From an uncultured beta proteobacterium (GTDB lineage Bacteria; Pseudomonadota; Gammaproteobacteria; Burkholderiales; Burkholderiaceae_D), in NCBI GenBank assembly GCA_963706525.1, contig CAVPMM010000008.1:202752-266751 (forward strand): a stretch of DNA of 64,000 nucleotides, read 5' to 3'. Positions 32,496-45,159 of this stretch are shown here, piece after piece; positions within the stretch are counted from its first letter, which is position 1, and each line of letters opens with the position of its first letter. The notes beneath the pieces are model-generated. The model had not been told where the DNA came from. It was given only the letters and a program-made list of their open reading frames with translations, and searched no databases. A program made the translations under genes and the position numbers.

Positions 32496-33885
32496 CTATT
32501 CTCCTTGTTTTAATTCGTCGGCTGCGACCACGGTCAGCACCAGGCCGTTGCGCCCCACCACCCGCACGCGCTGGCCGCGTTTCAGCGGCACCGCGCTCTG
32601 CACCGCCCATTGTTCGCTGTGGACCCGCGCCCAGCCCTCGCCTTGCAAGTCGTCCAGCACTTCGCCGACGCTGCCGAGCATGGCTTCGCGGCCGCTGACC
32701 TGCGGCCGCCGGCGCGCCTTCAGGGCGACGCTGGCGACCGCGAACACGAACGCGGCGGAAAACACGCTGACCGCTCCGATCAGGCCGAGCGGCACGCCGT
32801 AGCCGGGCAGCTCGGTGTCGATCAGCATCACCGCGCCCAGCGCGAAGGCGATGATGCCGCCCACCGCCAGCACGCCGAAGCTGGTCAGGAACACCTCGGC
32901 CACCATGAACGCCAGTCCGAGCAGGATCAGGGCCAGGCCGGCGTAGTTGACCGGCAGCATGTGCAGCGCGAACAGGCCGAGCAAGAGGCAGATGGCGCCG
33001 ACCACGCCGGGCAGCACGAAGCCGGGGTTGGCGAATTCGAAAAACAGGCCGTAGACGCCGACCATCAGCAGCAGCAGGGCCATGCTGGGATCGGTGATCA
33101 CGCCCAGCAGGCGGCTCTTCCAGTCCGGCTGCACCGTGATGACGGCGGCGCCGCGCGTGTGCAGCACATGCTCGCCGCTGGCGGTGCGCACGCTGCGCGC
33201 CGTCCAGCCGCGCCAGCAGCGCCGGCACGTCGGCAGCGGTGAGGTCGATTACCTTCTGCGCCAGCGCCTCGTCGGCAGACAGGCTGACCGCTTCGCGCAC
33301 CGCGCGCTCGCCCCACTCGGCATTGCGCCCGCGCAGTTGCGCCAGCCCGCGGATGTAGGCGGCGGCGTCGTGCATCTGCTTGCGCGCCATGGCGCCCTGC
33401 TCGTCTGCGGCCGGCGCCTGCTTGCCGGCGGCGTCCGGCGCCGCCTTGTCGGCGCCCTTGTCGCCGGCTTTCTTGGGTTGCTCGGGTTCGCCGCCGAGGC
33501 CGATCTGCACCGGCGTGGCGGCGCCGAGATTGGTGCCGGGCGCCATGGCGGCGATATGGCTGGCGTACAGGATGTAGGTGCCGGCGGAAGCGGCGCGGGC
33601 GCCGCTCGGCGCCACGAAAGAGGCCACCGGCACCGGCGACGCCAGGATGGCCTTGATGATGTCGCGCATCGAGGTGTCGAGGCCGCCCGGGGTGTCCATC
33701 TGCAGCACCAGCAGTTGGGCGCCTTCCTTGTCGGCGCGGGCGATGCCGCGCGTCACGAAGTCGGCGCTGGCCGGACCGATGGCGCCGGCCAGTTGCAGCA
33801 CCAGGACCGGCGCCGCGCTCGCCGCCTGCAGCCACAGGCCGCAGCACAGCAGCAGCGCAATCTGGAAGAACTTCCGCATGTTCAC
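32496..33885 (-). CDS. NfeD family membrane-bound serine protease (ClpP-like), one frameshift near 33200
   Basis: N-terminal signal plus ClpP-like domain ([25 protein letters not shown]...[44 protein letters not shown]). The C-terminal TM bundle and OB-fold domain are in ORF 32496..33191. Classic nfeD-slipin operon. Confidence 0.75.
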
Positions 33886-34028
33886 GCCAATCCTCCACGG
33901 ACCAGGTGCTTCGATTATTGCAGAAATCCGGTGGCCGCAAGAGGCGTCCGGCCAGGGTTTGCGCTGCGCCAGACGCGGTGCGCCAGACGCGGTGCTCCTG
34001 CCGCCGGCAAGGCGGCCGCAGCGACGGC

Positions 34029-34306
34029 TCAGGCGGCGCTGAAAATCGAGTCGTAACCGTCCTTGGCGCTGCGCGCATCCTGCAGCTCATCCACCAGTTC
34101 CAGATCGGCCAGCTCCTCCACCGCGTTCATGTAGCTGGCCAGCTTGTCGGCGCCGATGATGCGGTAGATTTCGCCGGCTTCGTTGCGGATGCCGATGACC
34201 AGGGTTTCCTGCCGCACTTCGGCGGCGCTGGCGTGGTCCAGCAACAGGTTGCCGATGATGGTGGAGTCGATTTTGGCGACGCGAACGCCTGCGATCAGTG
34301 CTGTTT
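34029..34306 (-). CDS. hypothetical protein (about 92 aa)
   Basis: Strong GC3 and codon bias typical of this genome. Tentative TTG start after GGAAAG. Sequence ...AGVRVAKIDSTIIGNLLLDHASAAEVRQETLVIGIRNEAGEIYRIIGADKLASYMNAVEELADLELVDELQDARSAKDGYDSIFSAA. No family recognised. Confidence 0.45.
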
Positions 34307-34575
34307 TCAAGAGACTTTCCGGTAAGTGGATGGGGGCGATGTGCGGCGCACAATATAACCGTAAACGCCGCGCCGCGCTGCCCGAAATGCGCGCCGGCGC
34401 CGGCCGTGGCCGCAAGGCGCGGCGGCGGCCGCTGTCGCGGCGCCAACGCATTGTATGTTCCAATAGCGTAATGCCGGGAGCGCCCCGCTCCCGCCCCATC
34501 CTGATTGCCTGTTTCCAATGTCCATCGATTTCCGCCGTCGCCCTCGCCTTGCTTCTGTTTACGGAGGGCCGCGCC

Positions 34576-35721
34576 ATGTCTGAACCGTCGCCGCCCCTCA
34601 TATATTGGACCGAAGACGGCGCCCCGCGTTCGGCGCGCTGGCGCTCCGAAAGCGGGCTGGCGCCGCCAAAACGGGTGCTGCTGGCCGACGACACGCTCAA
34701 CGCCGACAGCGCCTACCGCCTCGCCTGCGAGGGCACCGCCCTGCTCTGGCGAGGCGATTTCCAGAACGCGCGCCAGTTGCTGGCCGCGCTGGCGCGCCGC
34801 ATCGACCGGCCGCCGAAGAAGCCGAAAAAGGCGCCGGTGGCAGCAGCGGAACCGGCCGCCGCCTTCCACCTGTACCGGCAGGCGCAAGCACAGCGCGCGC
34901 GCGTGCTGGCGATGCTGCTGCTGCCGTTCGAGGCCGACTACCGGATTCCGCTGCGCCGCGCGCCCGACGTCAAGCTGGCCTGCAACGAGACCTGGGGTGC
35001 CGGCCGCGAGCCGTTCGTGGCTTCGCTGCGCGAACTGCTGGGCGTGATCGGCGCCCACGAGTGGCGCAAGAACGGCGTCGAGGTGCCGGCGCTGGGCGCG
35101 CGCATCCATCCGCACTACGGCGTGTTTTCGCCGCTGCGCGGCGAGTATGTCGGGCTGGTGGCCGCGGCCCCCTTGCCCAGCACTGCGCTGGCGTTCGACA
35201 TCGGCACCGGCAGCGGCGTGCTGGCGGCCGTGCTGGCGCGGCGCGGCGTGCGGCATGTGGTGGCCACCGAGCTGGAGCCGCGCGCGCTGTCCTGCGCGCG
35301 CGAGAATTTTGCGCGGCTCGATGTGACGGAGCAGATCGAGCTGGTGCAGGCCGATCTGTTCCCGCCCGGGCGCGCGCCGCTGGTGGTGTGCAATCCGCCC
35401 TGGCTGCCGGCGCGCCCCAGCTCCACCATCGAACACGCGATCTACGATCCCGACAGCCGCATGCTGCGCGGCTTCCTCGATGGACTGGCGGCGCATCTGG
35501 AAGCGGACGGCGAAGGCTGGCTGTTGCTGTCGGACCTGGCCGAGCATCTGGGGCTGCGCTCGCGCGCGCAACTGCTGCAGTGGATCGAGGCCGGCGGCCT
35601 CAAGGTGCTGGGCCGCAACGATACCCGGCCGCAGCATCCGAAAGCCGCCGATCCCAATGATCCGCTGCATGCGGCGCGGGCGGCGGAAGTCACCTCGCTC
35701 TGGCGTCTGGCGCGGCGCTAG
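34576..35721 (+). CDS. class I SAM-dependent methyltransferase (MTS/HemK-like, NPPW motif) with a roughly 190-aa N-terminal extension
   Basis: ORF 34183..35721 trimmed to MSEPSPPLIYW. Motif I AFDIGTGSGVLA, motif IV VVCNPPWLP. Confidence 0.65.
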   Translation: MSEPSPPLIYWTEDGAPRSARWRSESGLAPPKRVLLADDTLNADSAYRLACEGTALLWRGDFQNARQLLAALARRIDRPPKKPKKAPVAAAEPAAAFHLYRQAQAQRARVLAMLLLPFEADYRIPLRRAPDVKLACNETWGAGREPFVASLRELLGVIGAHEWRKNGVEVPALGARIHPHYGVFSPLRGEYVGLVAAAPLPSTALAFDIGTGSGVLAAVLARRGVRHVVATELEPRALSCARENFARLDVTEQIELVQADLFPPGRAPLVVCNPPWLPARPSSTIEHAIYDPDSRMLRGFLDGLAAHLEADGEGWLLLSDLAEHLGLRSRAQLLQWIEAGGLKVLGRNDTRPQHPKAADPNDPLHAARAAEVTSLWRLARR

Positions 35722-35776
35722 GTGGCTTGTGGCCGCCGCTGCGGATGGCGGGCGGCATTTGAGGAAAATGAAGGAC

Positions 35777-35850
35777 CAGGGGTATATTGAAAAATACCCC
35801 ATTCCACGCCCGACACAGGCCGCACTGAAAGGGAGTATATCTCGCTCCCC
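35777..35850 (+). repeat. GGAGTAT-type intergenic repeat element, copy R4
   Basis: GGGGTAT at 35779-35785 and GGAGTAT at 35832-35838 are 53 bp apart, with CCCGA in between. The first arm is itself a hairpin GGGGTAT-ATTGAAAA-ATACCCC. Confidence 0.8.
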
Positions 35851-35954
35851 TGGTGAGTGTCCGAGGATTAGCACCGCTGCCCCCACGCCAAGTCGGCAAG
35901 ACCGGCACCGCCGCTCGCTTCCCGCAGCGGCTTGGCGATGGACGCTCGCCTGGT

Positions 35955-37034
35955 CTAGCGCTGCACGATCAACGCCGACGTCCTGCTGCCCTCGCGCACT
36001 TGCAGCGCCGCGCTGGCGGCATCGCCACGGCTGCCGAACGGGCCGCTGTGGACGCGGAACAAGGCGCCGTATTGCACCACTTCCAGCGGCGGCAACGCCG
36101 CCGACCAGTTCTGCGCCAGCCGGGCGCGCAGCGCTTCGGCATTGGCGGCCTGCGCATAGGCGCCGAGCTGGAGATAGAAACCGCCGCCGCTGGGCGCCGG
36201 CGCGATCGAGGTGGCGAGCGGCGCCGGGCTGTCAGCGGCTGCGAGCGCCGGCGGCGCTTGGACGCCCGCGGCCGGCCCGGCTTGTGCCTGCAGCAGGGTT
36301 TCGATCGACGCCGGAGCCACCGCGCTCGCGGTCACTGGCGCCGCAGGGTCCTGCTTGGCGGCGGCCAGGCGCAGGATTTCATCGGGCAGCAGCCGCTCGA
36401 CTTCCAGCTCGGTGCTGCCATGCGTCAGGTAGCCCAGCTTCAGGGCCGCGGTATACGACAGGTCGATGATGCGGTCGGAACGGAACGGCCCGCGGTCGTT
36501 GACGCGCACGATCACCTGCACGCCGGTCTTCAGGTTGGTCACGCGCGCATACGAGGGCAGCGGCAAGGTCGGATGGGCGGCGGTCATCTGGTACATGTCG
36601 TACAGCTCGCCGGACGAGGTCTTCTGGCCGTGGAATTTCTTGCCGTACCAGCTGCCGACGCCGCGCTGCTTCAAGGGCCGCTCGTCGGTGATCGGCGTAT
36701 AGGTCTTGCCGAACACGACATACGGCCGCAGCGTCGCCTTCGCATAGGGTTCGATTTTCGGCTCGGCGTCGGGGATCGCCAGCAAATCGTCGGGCGGCGC
36801 ATCGCCCGGACCGTCGTCCAGGTAGTAGCCGCCGCGGCCCGAGCCCGCCGGCGGCAGCACCGGCAGCTTGCTGCGCGCGGTGCTGGCCGTGGGGGGCGTT
36901 GCTGCCGGACGTGCCGGCTCCGGTGCCGCCGGCTGCCGCGGCACGCTGCCGCAGGCGGCCAGGATCAGCGCTGGCGCCGCCATGGCCAACAGGCGCAGTA
37001 ACCGGTTTCGATTCGAGGTTGGCCATGTTCGCAT
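35955..37034 (-). CDS. rlpA: septal ring lytic transglycosylase RlpA (DPBB domain + C-terminal SPOR domain)
   Basis: Start MRTWPTSNRNRLLRLLAMAAPALILAACG (lipobox) with an AAGGA SD. DPBB core GVGSWYGKKFHGQKTSSGELYDMYQMTAAHPTLPLPSYARVTN. SPOR-like C-terminus. The ORF-track ORF 35955..37805 artificially reads through into rodA. Confidence 0.85.
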   Translation of the reverse strand: MRTWPTSNRNRLLRLLAMAAPALILAACGSVPRQPAAPEPARPAATPPTASTARSKLPVLPPAGSGRGGYYLDDGPGDAPPDDLLAIPDAEPKIEPYAKATLRPYVVFGKTYTPITDERPLKQRGVGSWYGKKFHGQKTSSGELYDMYQMTAAHPTLPLPSYARVTNLKTGVQVIVRVNDRGPFRSDRIIDLSYTAALKLGYLTHGSTELEVERLLPDEILRLAAAKQDPAAPVTASAVAPASIETLLQAQAGPAAGVQAPPALAAADSPAPLATSIAPAPSGGGFYLQLGAYAQAANAEALRARLAQNWSAALPPLEVVQYGALFRVHSGPFGSRGDAASAALQVREGSRTSALIVQR

Positions 37035-37045
37035 CCGTGAATTCC

Positions 37046-38161
37046 TTATGTCTGAATCAGTTTTCGATGACGCTGAATGCTCATCAGGATACCGACGCCC
37101 AGGCCCAGCGTCACCAGCGCCGTGCCGCCGTAGCTCATGAACGGCAGCGGCACGCCGACCACCGGCAGGATGCCGCTCACCATTCCCATGTTGACGAAGG
37201 CATAGGTGAAGAAGATCAGCGTGATGGCGCCGGCCAAGCAGGCGGCTGAAGAAGGTCGGCGCATTGGCGGCGATGATCAGGCCGCGCCCGATCAGCAGCA
37301 GGTACAGCACCAGCAGCACGCAATTGCCGACCAGGCCGAACTCCTCCGAAAAGACCGCGAAGATGAAGTCGGTGGTGCGTTCCGGGATGAAGTCCAGGTG
37401 CGACTGCGTGCCCTTCAGCCAGCCCTTGCCCGACACGCCGCCGGAGCCGATGGCGATGGTCGACTGGATGATGTGGAAACCCTTGCCGAGCGGGTCGGTG
37501 GTCGGATCGATCAGCGTCATCACGCGCGCGCGCTGGTAGTCGTGCAGCACCGACCACACCACCGGCAGGCTGGCGCCGGCCGCCAGCACCAGGCCGACCA
37601 GCACCTTCCACGACAGGCCGGCCAGGAAGATCACGTAGAACCCGGCCGCCAGCACCAGCAGCGCAGTGCCCAGATCCGGCTGCTTGGCGATCAGGCCGAC
37701 CGGCACCAGCAGCAACAGTGCCGCCACCAGGAATTCGCGCCAGCCGATCTGCCCTTCGCGCTTCTGGAAGAACCAGGCCAGCATCAGCGGCATCGCGATC
37801 TTCATGATTTCGGACGGCTGGACGATCGATGCCGAGGTTGAGCCAGCGCCGCGCGCCCTTCTTGACCAGCCCGAACATCGCCACCGCGATCAAGCAGCGC
37901 GATGCCGAAGGCGTAGACCGGCACCGCAAACCGCATCAGGGTCTGCGGCGGCACATTGGCCGCGATCCACATCACGACGAAGCCGACCAGGATGTTGCGC
38001 AACTGGTCCTCGACCCGGCCCGGGACGTCGATGCCGGCCGAATACAGCGTGACCAGCGCCACCGACAGCAGCAGGAACACGATCAGCGCCAGCGGGCCGT
38101 CGAACACCGTGAAATACGGCTTGGCGATTTCCCAGACGGTGCGCTGGTCTTTCAGCGTCAT
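37046..38161 (-). CDS. mrdB: peptidoglycan glycosyltransferase RodA (SEDS family), frame broken by multiple frameshifts
   Basis: N-terminus [42 protein letters not shown] and C-terminus ...[34 protein letters not shown] are in different frames. Confidence 0.75.
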
Positions 38162-38230
38162 GACGCGGCTCCCTGGCGGCTGCGCGCTGCCGGCGCGGCG
38201 GAACTGGACAATTCGGCAAGATGTTGCACG

Positions 38231-40180
38231 TCAATCCTCGTGGACATGGGCATGAGTGGCGACCTGCGCCACCGGCACGATCGGCACCGCCGGCTTGGCA
38301 GCCGGCGTCGCCGCTTCCTGCGTTCCCGGCTTTTTGCCGAGCAGGTAATAGTCGAGCGCCGCGCGCACGATCGGCGCCGCCGCCGCCCCGCCGAAGCCGC
38401 CGTTTTCGACGATGATGGCAATCGCGATGCGCGGCTGGTCGACCGGCGCGAACGCCGTGTACAGCGCGTGGTCGCGATGCCGCTCGTCGATCTTGCTGGC
38501 GTCGTATTTCTCGTTTTTCTTGATCGCGATCACCTGCGCGGTGCCGGTCTTGCCGGCCGAGTCGTAGCCGGCGTCGGCGAATGCCCGGCGCGCCGTTCCT
38601 TCTTTCGTCACGCCGACCATCGCGCGCTTGATGACGTCGATGTTCTCCTGCTTCAGCGCGATGCGGTAGCTTTCCTTCGGCACGGTCAGCGTGCGCTCAT
38701 GGCTGGCCGCGTCTTCGACGATCTTGACCAGGTGCGGCTTCATGACGACGCCGTTGTTGGCCAGGATCGCGGTCGCGTGCGCCAGCTGCAGCGGCGTAAA
38801 GGTGTTGTAACCCTGGCCGATGCCGATCGAAATGGTTTCGCCGGCGAACCATTTCTTCTGCTCGCGGCTTCTTGTAGGCGTTCTGCTTCCAGGTCGTGCG
38901 ACGGCAGCACGCCGGCCCGCTCGTGCTCGAGGTCGATGCCGGTCAGCTGGCCGAAGCCGAACGGCTTCATGAAGTCGTGGATGGCGTCGACGCCCATGTC
39001 GTTGGCCAGCATGTAGTAGTAGGTGTCGCAGGATTGCACGATCGACTTGTACATGTCGACCATGCCGTGGCCGCCTTCCTTGTCGTCGCGGAACTTGTGG
39101 TTGCCGAGCCAGAAATAGCCGGGATCGGAAATCGCGTCCTGCGGCTTGCGCTTGCCCAGTTCCAGCGCGGCCAGCGCCATGAAGGGCTTGTAGGTCGAGC
39201 CGGGCGGATAGGCGCCCGACAGCGGCCGGTTCACCAGCGGCCGGTCGAGCGAGGTGTTCAGCTCGTCCCAGCTTTGCTGGTCGATGCCGTCGACGAACAG
39301 GTTGGGGTCGAAGCCGGGACGCGAGACATAGGCCAGGATGTCGCCGGTGGCCGGCTCGATCGCCACCAGCGCGCCGCGCCGCTCGCCGAAGGCCTGCTCG
39401 ACCACCTTCTGCAGCTCGATGTCGATCGACAGGATCAGGTTGTTGCCCGGCGTGGCTGGGGTGCGCGACAGCGTGCGCACCGCGCGGCCGCCGGCCGAGA
39501 CTTCGACCTCTTCATAGCCGGTGGTGCCGTGCAGGTACTTCTCGTAGCTTTTTTCCACGCCTTCCTTGCCGATGTGATTGGTGCCGGTGTAGTTGGCGCT
39601 TTCCTCGCGCTGCTCGATCTGATCGGCGTCGCGCTGGTTGATGCGGCCGATGTAGCCGATCACGTGCGAGGCCACCTCGCCCAGCGGATACTGGCGGAAC
39701 AGGCGCGCCTGCACCTCGACGCCGGGAAAGCGGTAGCGCTGCGCGGAAAAACGCGCCACCTCCTCGTCGGTCAGGCGGGTGCGGATCGGCACGCTTTCGA
39801 ACTTCTGCGATTCCTCCAGCAGGCGCTTGAAGCGCTTGCGGTCCTTGCGCCTGATCTCCACCAGCGTGGCCAGCTCGTCGATCACCGTCGTCGAGCTTGC
39901 CGTCGATCTTGGACGGCGTGATTTCCAGCGTGTAGGCGGAATAGTTGCGCGCCAGGACGACGCCGTTGCGGTCGACGATCAGGCCGCGGTTGGGCACCAT
40001 CGGCACCACCGAGATGCGGTTGTCCTCGGCCTGCGCCGCGTACTGGTCATGCCGGACCACCTGCAGCCAGACGAAGCGCGCCAGCAGCAGGCCGAAGCAG
40101 AGCACGACGAACAGCGCCACCGCCGACAGGCGCAGGCGGAACAGGTAGAGTTCGCGTTCGGTGTTCTTGAGTTCGGTCAT
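38231..40180 (-). CDS. mrdA: penicillin-binding protein 2 (peptidoglycan D,D-transpeptidase MrdA), frame broken by at least 3 frameshifts
   Basis: N-terminus MTELKNTERELYLFRLRL.. with a TM segment. Middle ...PPGSTYKPFMALAALE (STYK = SxxK). C-terminus KTGTAQV (KTG). The segments are split over three frames. Confidence 0.8.
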
Positions 40181-40221
40181 GCTCGACTATCCGGCCTGCC
40201 GCGTGCATGGCGGCAGCAGGC

Positions 40222-40746
40222 TTAAAGCGGGTTCAACGGGCGGTTGTCATCGCGATCGACCGCGCGGCGTTGCGGCGCCAGCAGCATCCAGGTGGCCAGC
40301 GGCCACAGAGCGACCGCGATCAGCGCTTTCGACGAAATACATCCAGCCCGGAAAGCTGCCGGCCGACCATCAGGCGGATCAGCAGCTGCACCACCTGCGC
40401 CAGCAACAGCAGCGGCAGCACATGCAGCGCCTGGGTGCACCATCGGGAACCACAGCACGCGGCGGTGGATCATGATCGCGAAATACGACAGCAGGGTGTA
40501 GGCCAGCGCGTTCTCGCCGAGCAGCGTGGCATCGTGCACATCCATCAGCAAGCCCATGAAAAAGGCGACGCCGATGCCGACCTTGCGCGGCTGATGGATG
40601 CTCCAGAACACCAGCACCAGCGCGACGAAATCCGGCACGCCGAGCCAGCGCCCCCACGGCAGCAGGTTGAGCATGAAGGCGACGATCAGGCTGATGGCGA
40701 TGAACAGGCGGCTGACCGGCAACAGGATGTATTGCGGACGGTTCAT
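40222..40746 (-). CDS. mreD: rod shape-determining protein MreD (C-terminal part frameshifted)
   Basis: MNRPQYILLPVSRLFIAISLIVAFMLNLLPWGRWLGVPDFVALVLVFWSIHQP... Its position between mreC and mrdA supports the call. Confidence 0.7.
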   Translation of the reverse strand: MNRPQYILLPVSRLFIAISLIVAFMLNLLPWGRWLGVPDFVALVLVFWSIHQPRKVGIGVAFFMGLLMDVHDATLLGENALAYTLLSYFAIMIHRRVLWFPMVHPGAACAAAAVAGAGGAAADPPDGRPAAFRAGCISSKALIAVALWPLATWMLLAPQRRAVDRDDNRPLNPL

Positions 40747-41748
40747 CGGGCAACCCCCTGTGCCGGCAGCGCCTTCTTCGGCGGCGCCGGGCTTTTTTCA
40801 CGGGCGGCGGGCGGCGCCGACTTGGCCCTCTCGCGGGCGGCACGCGCGCCGGGCGGCTCTTTCCTGGCTTCCCGGGGCTCGACCTCGGGCAGCGGCAGCG
40901 GCTTGGCTTCGGTCAGCAGCACCAGCAACTGGCGGTGCCGTCCCAGTCCGGCCAGCGGTTCGCAGACGATGCGGGCAAAACTGTCCGCCGCCTTGTGTTC
41001 GACCTGGATCACGCGCGCCACCGCCAGGCCCGGCCGGATACACGCCGTCGATGCCGGAAGTGACCAGCACGTCGCCCCTCTGGATGTCGGCATTGGCCGC
41101 CATGAAGCGCAGGTCGAGCAGCCCGGACTGGCCGCGGCCATAGGCGACGCTGCGCAGGCCGTTGCGCAGTACCTGCACCGGAATCGCCTGGTCCTTGTCG
41201 GTCAGCAGGCGTGACTTCGGCGGTGAACGGAAAAACCCGCGTCACCTGGCCGACCACGCCGGCATCGTCGATCACCGGCTGGCCGCGCCGCCACGCCGTG
41301 CCGCGTGCCGCGATCGAGCACGATCTTGCGCGTGAACGGGTCGCGCGTGTCGTACAGGATTTCGCTCATGACCGACTTCACCGGCAGCTGCTCGCGGCTT
41401 CCCAGCAGCTGGCGCAGCTGGGCATTTTCCAGCCGCCAGGAATTGCGCCTGCTGCAGGGCGCTGGGCATTGTCCGCCTGCTGGCGCCTGCAGCTCTGCGT
41501 TTTCCTGCTCCAGGCGCGTCATGCGAGGTGAAATAATCGCCGATCGCTGTAGAGCGGCGTCGCGCGGCATCAGCGCCGCCATCTGCAGCGGGTAGAGCAC
41601 GGTGCCGAGCAGCCTGGCGCAGCATCGCCAGCGACTGCATGCGCGCATCGACCACCAGCAGCACGATCGCGATCAGGGCGAAACACACCACTTTCGCGCG
41701 GGCCGAGGCACCTTGCTTGAACAGTGGCGGAGGACTGCTGAATTCCAT
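40743..41748 (-). CDS. mreC: rod shape-determining protein MreC, frame broken by several frameshifts
   Basis: MEFSSPPPLFKQGASARAKVVCFALIAIVLLVVDARMQSLAMLRQ, then RLEQENAELQ...ENAQLRQLLGSREQLPVKSVMSEILYDTRDPFTRKIVLDRG, then GLAVARVIQVEHKAADSFARIVCEPLAGL, in three frames. Confidence 0.75.
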
Positions 41749-41876
41749 TTATCGTCTTGCAATACCGGCGGATGGCATGGCGAAGGCGGCGCCGGCCGCG
41801 ATCGCGGTGACAGCCTGACCTGCGCGATGCAGGTGGTCCGGTGCTGCGATGCGGGCCATGCGCAGCATTCCGGCAA

Positions 41877-42922
<1,046 letters not shown>

Positions 42923-43297
42923 GTATAGTCCTGATGCGGGACAAGGTCGCGCGAAGCGGCACTCGGTCCGCGACCGGAGAATTGCAATCCGGTTGGCAGG
43001 ACGGTGCTCTGCTTCCGACTAGCCAGGGAAACTGCCCGGAAATCCGCAGGGCGAAGCGCCGAACGCGGCCCCTTGCCCAATGCCCGAAAAATCCGGATGC
43101 ATGACGCGCCAACGGCACGCAAATCCATGTCCGCCAAGTAGCAGCCCCGCATTCTACCTTATAATTTATGTGGAATTGGCAGGTAATCCGCTCTAAAATT
43201 CGTGCCCGATTGAAGGCTTTGACAAGTTTTTATCGGTATTAAAGCGCTATTAAACACATTTGCAGAAGCGGCCCGATCCCGCTCCCCGCATCCGACC

Positions 43298-43600
43298 ATG
43301 TCACTTGAGCTTTCCGACGTCAAACGTCTCGCCATCCTGGCGCAACTCGAATTGAGCGAGCCGCAGGCGGACGCCACCCTGTCCCAGCTCAACGGCATTT
43401 TTGCGCTGGTCGAGCAGATGAAGGCGGTCGATACCACCGGCGTCGAGCCGCTCAGCCATCCGATCGCCGTATTCCAGCCGGATTTGTCGCTGCGCCTGCG
43501 CGACGATGATGTCACCGAGGCGAACCGGCGCGACGATTACCAGCGCAACGCGCCCGCCACCCAGGACGGCCTGTACCTGGTGCCCAAGGTCATCGAATGA
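43298..43600 (+). CDS. gatC: Asp-tRNA(Asn)/Glu-tRNA(Gln) amidotransferase subunit C
   Basis: 100 aa: [41 protein letters not shown]. It is divergent from mreB, as in many Burkholderiales. Confidence 0.85.
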   Translation: MSLELSDVKRLAILAQLELSEPQADATLSQLNGIFALVEQMKAVDTTGVEPLSHPIAVFQPDLSLRLRDDDVTEANRRDDYQRNAPATQDGLYLVPKVIE

Positions 43601-43682
43601 TGCCGCGCCGGCAATAACGCCCCACCTCGCCGCCCGGCGCCGCTGCCGGGCGCGGGAAGCGCCCTACGAACAAGCCCACGCC

Positions 43683-45159
43683 ATGCATACCAAGATCCCT
43701 TCAACGAGCTGTCGACGCTGCTGCAAACCAAGCAGGTTTCCGCCACCGAACTGGCGCGCCTCTTCCTCGCGCGCATCGAACAAAGCGACCTGAACGCCTT
43801 CCTGCACGTCGATCCCGAACTGACCCTGCAGCAAGCCGCCGAGGCCGACCGCCGCCTGGCGCAGGACCAGGCGACGCCGCTGACCGGCATCCCGATCGCG
43901 CACAAGGACATCTTCGTCACGCGCGGCTGGCGCTCGACGGCCGGCTCCAAAATGCTGGAAAACTATGTCAGCCCGTTCGACGCCACCGTGGTCGAGCAGC
44001 TTCAACGCAGCCGGCATGGTGACCCTCGGCAAACTGAACTGCGATGAATTCGCCATGGGCTCGTCCAACGAAAACTCGTTCTTCGGCGCGGTGAAGAACC
44101 CCTGGGACAAGCGCGCGATTGCCGGGCGGCTCTTCGGGCGGCTCGGCGGCGGCGGTGGCGGCGCGCCTGGCGCCGGCCGCCACCGGCACCGACACCGGCG
44201 GCTCGATCCGCCAGCCGGCCTCGCTCTGCGGCGTCACCGGCATCAAGCCGACCTACGGCCGCGTCTCGCGCTTCGGCATGATCGCGTTCGCTTCGTCGCT
44301 CGACCAGGGCGGCCCGATTGCCGCCAGCGCCGAGGATTGCGCGCTGCTGCTCAATGCGATGGTCGGCTTCGACGCGCGCGACTCGACCAGCGTCGAACGC
44401 CGCCAGGGCGACAGCGAGGATTTCACGCGCGACCTGAACGACGACCTGCGCGGCCTGAACATCGGCGTGCCGCGCGAATATTTCGGCGATGGCCTGGCGC
44501 CCGACGTGGAACAGGCGGTGCGCGCGGCGCTCGCCGAATACGAAAAGCTGGGCGCGACGCTGGTCGACATCTCGCTGCCCAATACGGCGCTGTCGATCCC
44601 GGCCTATTACGTGATCGCGCCGGCCGAGGCCTCGTCCAACCTGTCGCGCTTCGACGGCGTGCGCTACGGCCACCGCGCCGAGCAATACGGCGACCTGGCC
44701 GACATGTATCGCAAGACGCGCGCCGAAGGCTTCGGCGACGAGGTCAAGCGCCGCATCCTGGTCGGCGCCTACGTGCTGTCGCACGGCTACTACGACGCCT
44801 ATTACCTGCAGGCGCAGAAGATCCGGCGCCTGATCGCGCAGGATCTGCAGAACGCCTTCCAGCAGTGCGACGTCATCATGGGGCCGGTGGCACCGACCGT
44901 GGCCTGGGACATCGGGCGCCAAGACCAACGATCCGGTGGCCAATCTATCTGGCCGACATCTTCACCCTGTCGACCAGCCTGGCCGGCTTGCCGGGCATGT
45001 CGATTCCCTGCGGCTTCGGCCAGGGCGAAAAAAATCGCCAGGCGCCCGATCGGCCTGCAATTGATCGGCAACTATTTTGCCGAGGCAAAGCTGCTGAATA
45101 TCGCGCACCACTATCAGTGCGCGACCGACTGGCACTCACGACATCCGGACACGCCATGA
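43683..45159 (+). CDS. gatA: Asp-tRNA(Asn)/Glu-tRNA(Gln) amidotransferase subunit A, frame broken by several frameshifts
   Basis: Amidase signature [49 protein letters not shown] in ORF 44119..45159. N-terminal (MHTK...) and C-terminal (...[28 protein letters not shown]) segments are in other frames. Confidence 0.8.

Noticed and set aside
35955-37805. 616-aa ORF that looks like a RodA-RlpA fusion
   Set aside because: rlpA has its own lipoprotein start (37034) with an SD. The apparent fusion arises only because the rodA frameshifts let the rlpA frame stay open upstream.
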